Source: Zancudomyces culisetae HAW-14-8
Taxonomy: Eukaryota; Fungi; Kickxellomycota
DNA: 64,000 bases
NCBI GenBank assembly: GCA_052426225.1
Contig: JBNJNM010000015.1
Span: forward strand, 1,550,001 to 1,614,000
Reading direction: 5' to 3'
The notes below the pieces were generated by a model that searched no databases, had not been told where the DNA came from, and was given only the letters and a program-made list of their open reading frames with translations. The position numbers were made by a program, and so were the translations under genes. Positions 59,812 to 64,000 of this stretch are shown here, in pieces (the first letter of the stretch is position 1; every line of letters starts with the position of its first letter).

Positions 59812-62800
59812 CTAAATATCAGTAATCTTGGATATAAACTTTAATATCCCTCCTTTGGTACTTTTCCTACTTTTTTGATTTCCATTCACATTCACATTCA
59901 CATTTCCTATCAGTTTCTTGTCTTTTATATTACCACCAGGACCACCACTACCACCATTACCACTACCACTCTTTTCACCACTACTATTCTTTCGATCACT
60001 CTTCTTTAAGCTCTCCACTCCAAAACTACTCGCTTTACTTATCCCTGATACTAATGAAAATGTCGATTTTCTCCCATTTTTTTGTGTCATACCTACACCT
60101 ACACCTACGCCTACACCTACACCACTGCCATTCTCTACCACTTTTCTGCTGCTCTCATTATCATTTCCAATTTCTTGAATACTCTTTAACTCTTCGCCAT
60201 ATACTTGTCCTCTTTCTTCTTCTCGTTGTTGTTGTTGTTGGTTAACAGATTCTGTATCTTTATAACTTGAAGAATTTCTCTTACTAGATTTCCTTTTAAC
60301 CATTCCTCCTCCTCCCCTTATATCAGCATTATCATCATCATCATTACTATTATTATTACTACCATTATAATAATACTCCAAAACTGTATCAGAAACAGCC
60401 AGTAATCCCTCATATTCTATTCCCTTCATATGTTCATGTACAGTCTTTTGTTTTGCCAATGAAGAATTTACCATACCACCACCACCACCATTATTATTAT
60501 TATTATAATTATAATACTGGCCTTGTGGCTGTTTAGATTTATACGCTTGAGCTCTGGCTGCTGTATGTCGACCACTTCCATACTTTCCAGGTGAAGTACT
60601 CTTATTCTCGGGCTTTACTGATGATGGTGAAGACGATAATGACATTGGCGATGATAAATCCAACATCACTGAACCCATATCGTTTGACGTGTTTAACTTT
60701 GACAAAATATTCCGATAGTTCCGGTGAATCTCGCGCGTCTTTTCCTGCTTGTTCATCATCTCAGTCACATCCACTTGGTGTTGATATACCATCATCCCAT
60801 CTCGACTATTATACGTTCCAGACGTTGGTGGACGATGATACGATCCATTACCACTAATACTCCTACTCTTACTCTTATCCTCTGCTCTATACACATTCGC
60901 TCGACGATACTTGTTTCCCTCATTTCCCACCTCGCTTTTCTCCTGGATCTGCGTCAACCCAGTCGAATATTGGTAAGTCGGCTGGATATCCAAAACAGTC
61001 CCATATTCATTCACCCGCATAATCTTTGTCGCCTCATTACTGAAATTTTTGCCGCCATGGGTATAAGCACGACCTCGTTCCGATGCTGAAGTGTTCAGAA
61101 TCCGATTGCTAAGAAGTGACGGTCGGCTCCGAAGAATATGTTGTTCGTAGGTGCCCTCGTTACCTTGGCTATAACTAGTCGGTATCTCGGTCATTGTATG
61201 GCTCAGAACATCCCCATGCGATGTCTTGCTTCTTACCCGCATTCCAGATCCATAAAACATTACTGGATTGGTTGACTTTTGTGATGTTCTTTGATACCTG
61301 CTGCCAAGATTCAATAGCGCATACGCATTTGTTAACCCCGTATCAGCTTCAGTTTCAGTTTCAGTATCAGCATTATTATTATTGTTGTTGTTGCTGTTGT
61401 TGTTGTTGTTATCATCACTGTTACTGATTCCCAACCCATAAATATTAGATTTTGACCTTGATTTTGATTTTAAATTTAAATTTAGGTCTATATCTGATTT
61501 TGGTTTTGGTTTTGGTTTTGGCTTTTGTTTCGAGTTTACACTTGAGATTGTATTGAAAAGTACCTCACTTATCGACGTAGGACTCGAAGAATTGCTGTCA
61601 CCCTTTTTGAGTTTCTCGGATTTAACTTGACTTTTAACCTGTTGGTTTGTACTATATCCATCAAGCCCCCTTTTCCCATCAACACCAACACCAACAGCAT
61701 CTACATCATCATCACTGCTATTAATCAGCTTTATCGAATCATATTTATCAAACGTCTCATTCAAAAAATCATTATATGTCAATCCAGACCGCCCATCAGT
61801 ATCGGTCTCTTCTCCCTCTGCTTTATCCACTACAGTCATATTTCTCATTTGCCGCCCATAAAATGCCACACTAGAACCAAATGGCCCTGAACTCTGTAGT
61901 ACTGGTATTGTATTTCGCCTCAACTTTAGTTGTAGCGCATTTATATCACCATCATTATCGTTGTCTCTACGTTTGCTTGACTTTGCTGATTCTTGCAATA
62001 CCTCTGTCCGTCTTCTCTCCACAAGCTGCTTAACCACTTCATCATCACTCGTGTAACAATAAACCTGCTCATGCGGACCATAGTTGCTCAAAAATGGAGA
62101 CTTAGCAGCCTTGTTCCAGATATGCTGGTCATAACTAGTCGTTGGAACCATCCACTCTCTACACGGCAACCCATACATCCTTTGGTAGATATTGCCCCGT
62201 GGCATTTCCTGTTCCTCTGCCATCTTTACCTCCAACAACTTTTGCTTGGCTCTAAGCTCCTCAATTCTAGCCGCTTCTTCTTTAGCCTTTCGCTCTGCTA
62301 CTGCTGCCGCTTCTCTAGCTGCTTGTTCTCGATACTCCATCACTTTACGTTTAACAAGTTGGAAAAACTTTACACGAACTCTTGCTACTCTTAACCTCTG
62401 CACCATCTCATTCGCCCACCAATTCTGAATAACAAATACAGATCCCTTGTAGCTAATAAACCGGTTGCGCATAATCATTCGTCGTACATACTTTTGGATC
62501 ACTGTCGCAGACTTTCCAAGCAACTGTTTACGCAAATGCTCCATTTTAGCCCATTGTCCAGCCCGGAAAAACACTTTGCTAAGCCCAACTTGGTACTGCC
62601 GAGTATCCCCAATACACTCCCGCAATATCTCTTTGCTCAACTCTCGATCGGCATTCGTTATCCGCACCGTAATTTCCCCCTTTCCCTTTTCTCTATCTGA
62701 ACTTCGTCTTCTTTCCATACTTGCTCCTGAAACAATTTTGTTTTTCTCATTCTCTTGTCCACGCTTATTCTCCAACTCCATAGGCTTTGGTGAACTATCC

Positions 62801-64000
62801 TTCAACACCAAATCCAGTGTAGATTCCAATACCACTACCTCCTCCTCACTCGACTTGTCATAAAGTTTCACCAACTCCCTTCTTGTCTCCTCCGGAATCA
62901 AAAGTCTGTATCTTTCATTAAACGTCAACAAATTTACACGCGACGGGTACCCCGATTTGCTTATCTTAATCGTCTCAATAACTCCACACGATCTCAACTG
63001 CGATGCAATCAATCCTGCCTCAAACTGCCATGACTGCTTATCAATATTCGTCTTTATACACCGAATATAATGCATATCCGTTGATGTGATCGTCGCTATC
63101 AGCTCATCTAGCGACTTTCTGAACACCACTCCAAGTGTCGGATACTGCTTCTTGAGTTTTGCTGTTCCTCCTACTCCTCCTCCTCCTCTTCCTGTTGATA
63201 TCGTCGTCTTGGCTCCCGCACTCTCTTTGTTCGACTTGATTGTAGAATGAGTAATCTCTTCAACCACCAACTCTCTCACAAATCCATTCGAACTGTTTTT
63301 CAACAAATCTATAATCTCCTCTGACACTGAATCCTTGTTCTTTTCTAAAAATCCTTCTCCCTCGTATACCACTGAGTATGCATAATGTTGTATTATAAAT
63401 CCTGTATTGGAAAATCTAGGCTTCCCAAAATAACTCGATACAATACTCTCTGTACTTTCTACCCCATTCCCATTCCCATTCCCACTATTACCTTCAATTT
63501 TGCGCTCTCGATTGCCCATAACCACATTCTCTTTCCCAAAATGATAATATAATTTCTCTATAAAACTCTTATCTGTCGCAGATTCCAATCTACACTGTTC
63601 ATCCAATATTGCCAATATCCCTAACCTCCCCTCAATAAGCTCAATACACGGCCGATTATCTCTAAACTCTATAAACTCCCAGTTTTCCAACTGCTCCCTC
63701 ACATATACCTCCTGTTCCAACTGGAGTACATGCTGATTAAAGTGCTGTTGCAACTTTTCGTTCGCATAGTTGATACAAAGCTGCTCAAACGAGTTGACTT
63801 CAAAATACTCAAACCCATATATATCCAATACTCCTACAAACAACTCGTTCGTTATCTCCTTTGTCTTTAGCGCTGAATTCAACGGTCCCAATATCCACCC
63901 AAACATCCGCGAATACAAAAACTTTGCCACTGAATCTCTCAACGCTATCCCTTGCGTTCGTGTAATTCTCGTCAATATTTTTTCTCGCTGTGCATCTATT
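59812..64000 (-). CDS. Class V-like myosin heavy chain, 3' part (motor C-half, 1-2 IQ motifs, disordered tail); 5' end lies outside the window
   Basis: RDSVAKFLY with Glu at the TEDS position, GVLDIYGFE (switch II), NSFEQLCINYANEKLQQHFNQHV, HYIRCIK, QLRSCGVIETIKIS and KVFFRAGQ. The frame stays open to the window edge. Confidence 0.92.
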   Translation of the reverse strand, partial: IDAQREKILTRITRTQGIALRDSVAKFLYSRMFGWILGPLNSALKTKEITNELFVGVLDIYGFEYFEVNSFEQLCINYANEKLQQHFNQHVLQLEQEVYVREQLENWEFIEFRDNRPCIELIEGRLGILAILDEQCRLESATDKSFIEKLYYHFGKENVVMGNRERKIEGNSGNGNGNGVESTESIVSSYFGKPRFSNTGFIIQHYAYSVVYEGEGFLEKNKDSVSEEIIDLLKNSSNGFVRELVVEEITHSTIKSNKESAGAKTTISTGRGGGGVGGTAKLKKQYPTLGVVFRKSLDELIATITSTDMHYIRCIKTNIDKQSWQFEAGLIASQLRSCGVIETIKISKSGYPSRVNLLTFNERYRLLIPEETRRELVKLYDKSSEEEVVVLESTLDLVLKDSSPKPMELENKRGQENEKNKIVSGASMERRRSSDREKGKGEITVRITNADRELSKEILRECIGDTRQYQVGLSKVFFRAGQWAKMEHLRKQLLGKSATVIQKYVRRMIMRNRFISYKGSVFVIQNWWANEMVQRLRVARVRVKFFQLVKRKVMEYREQAAREAAAVAERKAKEEAARIEELRAKQKLLEVKMAEEQEMPRGNIYQRMYGLPCREWMVPTTSYDQHIWNKAAKSPFLSNYGPHEQVYCYTSDDEVVKQLVERRRTEVLQESAKSSKRRDNDNDGDINALQLKLRRNTIPVLQSSGPFGSSVAFYGRQMRNMTVVDKAEGEETDTDGRSGLTYNDFLNETFDKYDSIKLINSSDDDVDAVGVGVDGKRGLDGYSTNQQVKSQVKSEKLKKGDSNSSSPTSISEVLFNTISSVNSKQKPKPKPKPKSDIDLNLNLKSKSRSKSNIYGLGISNSDDNNNNNSNNNNNNNADTETETEADTGLTNAYALLNLGSRYQRTSQKSTNPVMFYGSGMRVRSKTSHGDVLSHTMTEIPTSYSQGNEGTYEQHILRSRPSLLSNRILNTSASERGRAYTHGGKNFSNEATKIMRVNEYGTVLDIQPTYQYSTGLTQIQEKSEVGNEGNKYRRANVYRAEDKSKSRSISGNGSYHRPPTSGTYNSRDGMMVYQHQVDVTEMMNKQEKTREIHRNYRNILSKLNTSNDMGSVMLDLSSPMSLSSSPSSVKPENKSTSPGKYGSGRHTAARAQAYKSKQPQGQYYNYNNNNNGGGGGMVNSSLAKQKTVHEHMKGIEYEGLLAVSDTVLEYYYNGSNNNSNDDDDNADIRGGGGMVKRKSSKRNSSSYKDTESVNQQQQQREEERGQVYGEELKSIQEIGNDNESSRKVVENGSGVGVGVGVGVGMTQKNGRKSTFSLVSGISKASSFGVESLKKSDRKNSSGEKSGSGNGGSGGPGGNIKDKKLIGNVNVNVNGNQKSRKSTKGGILKFISKITDI

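Overview
Gene-dense, AT-rich eukaryotic (fungal) chromosomal segment with short spliceosomal introns. It has no prokaryotic features, and I found no CRISPR array, tRNA/rRNA or intact mobile element. Gene content and style suggest an early-diverging fungus, probably Kickxellomycotina/Harpellales (insect-gut fungi); this is inference only. Recognisable genes in order: DPH7 (5' part), RTP1/TANGO6, DHR1/DHX37, POS5-type NAD(H) kinase, 3-methylcrotonyl-CoA carboxylase alpha, a Rua1/Meu26-domain protein, MCD4/PIGN, TFIIF-beta, MAG2/RNF10 with an extra N-terminal zinc-ribbon region, WBP11, dynamitin, a GDSL hydrolase, an Rrn5-like SANT/histone-fold protein, NOT4, RTR1/RPAP2 and the 3' part of a class V-like myosin. 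The 29-47 kb interval is looser and carries orphan secreted proteins. One has a CBM19-like 6-Cys module, a KR site, a helical body, a hydrophobic tail and a terminal CCCC. Another is a 575-aa helical protein whose signal-peptide exon the ORF track misses. Other points of note: a TFIIE-alpha-like module fused to RNF10, two convergent genes whose stop codons overlap in one CTAG, a Met-to-Lys change in the biotin-carboxylase ATP loop, two GC-AG introns, a myosin lacking the DIL tail, and abrupt mid-gene flips in purine/pyrimidine skew. All assignments come from motif recall, not database searches.
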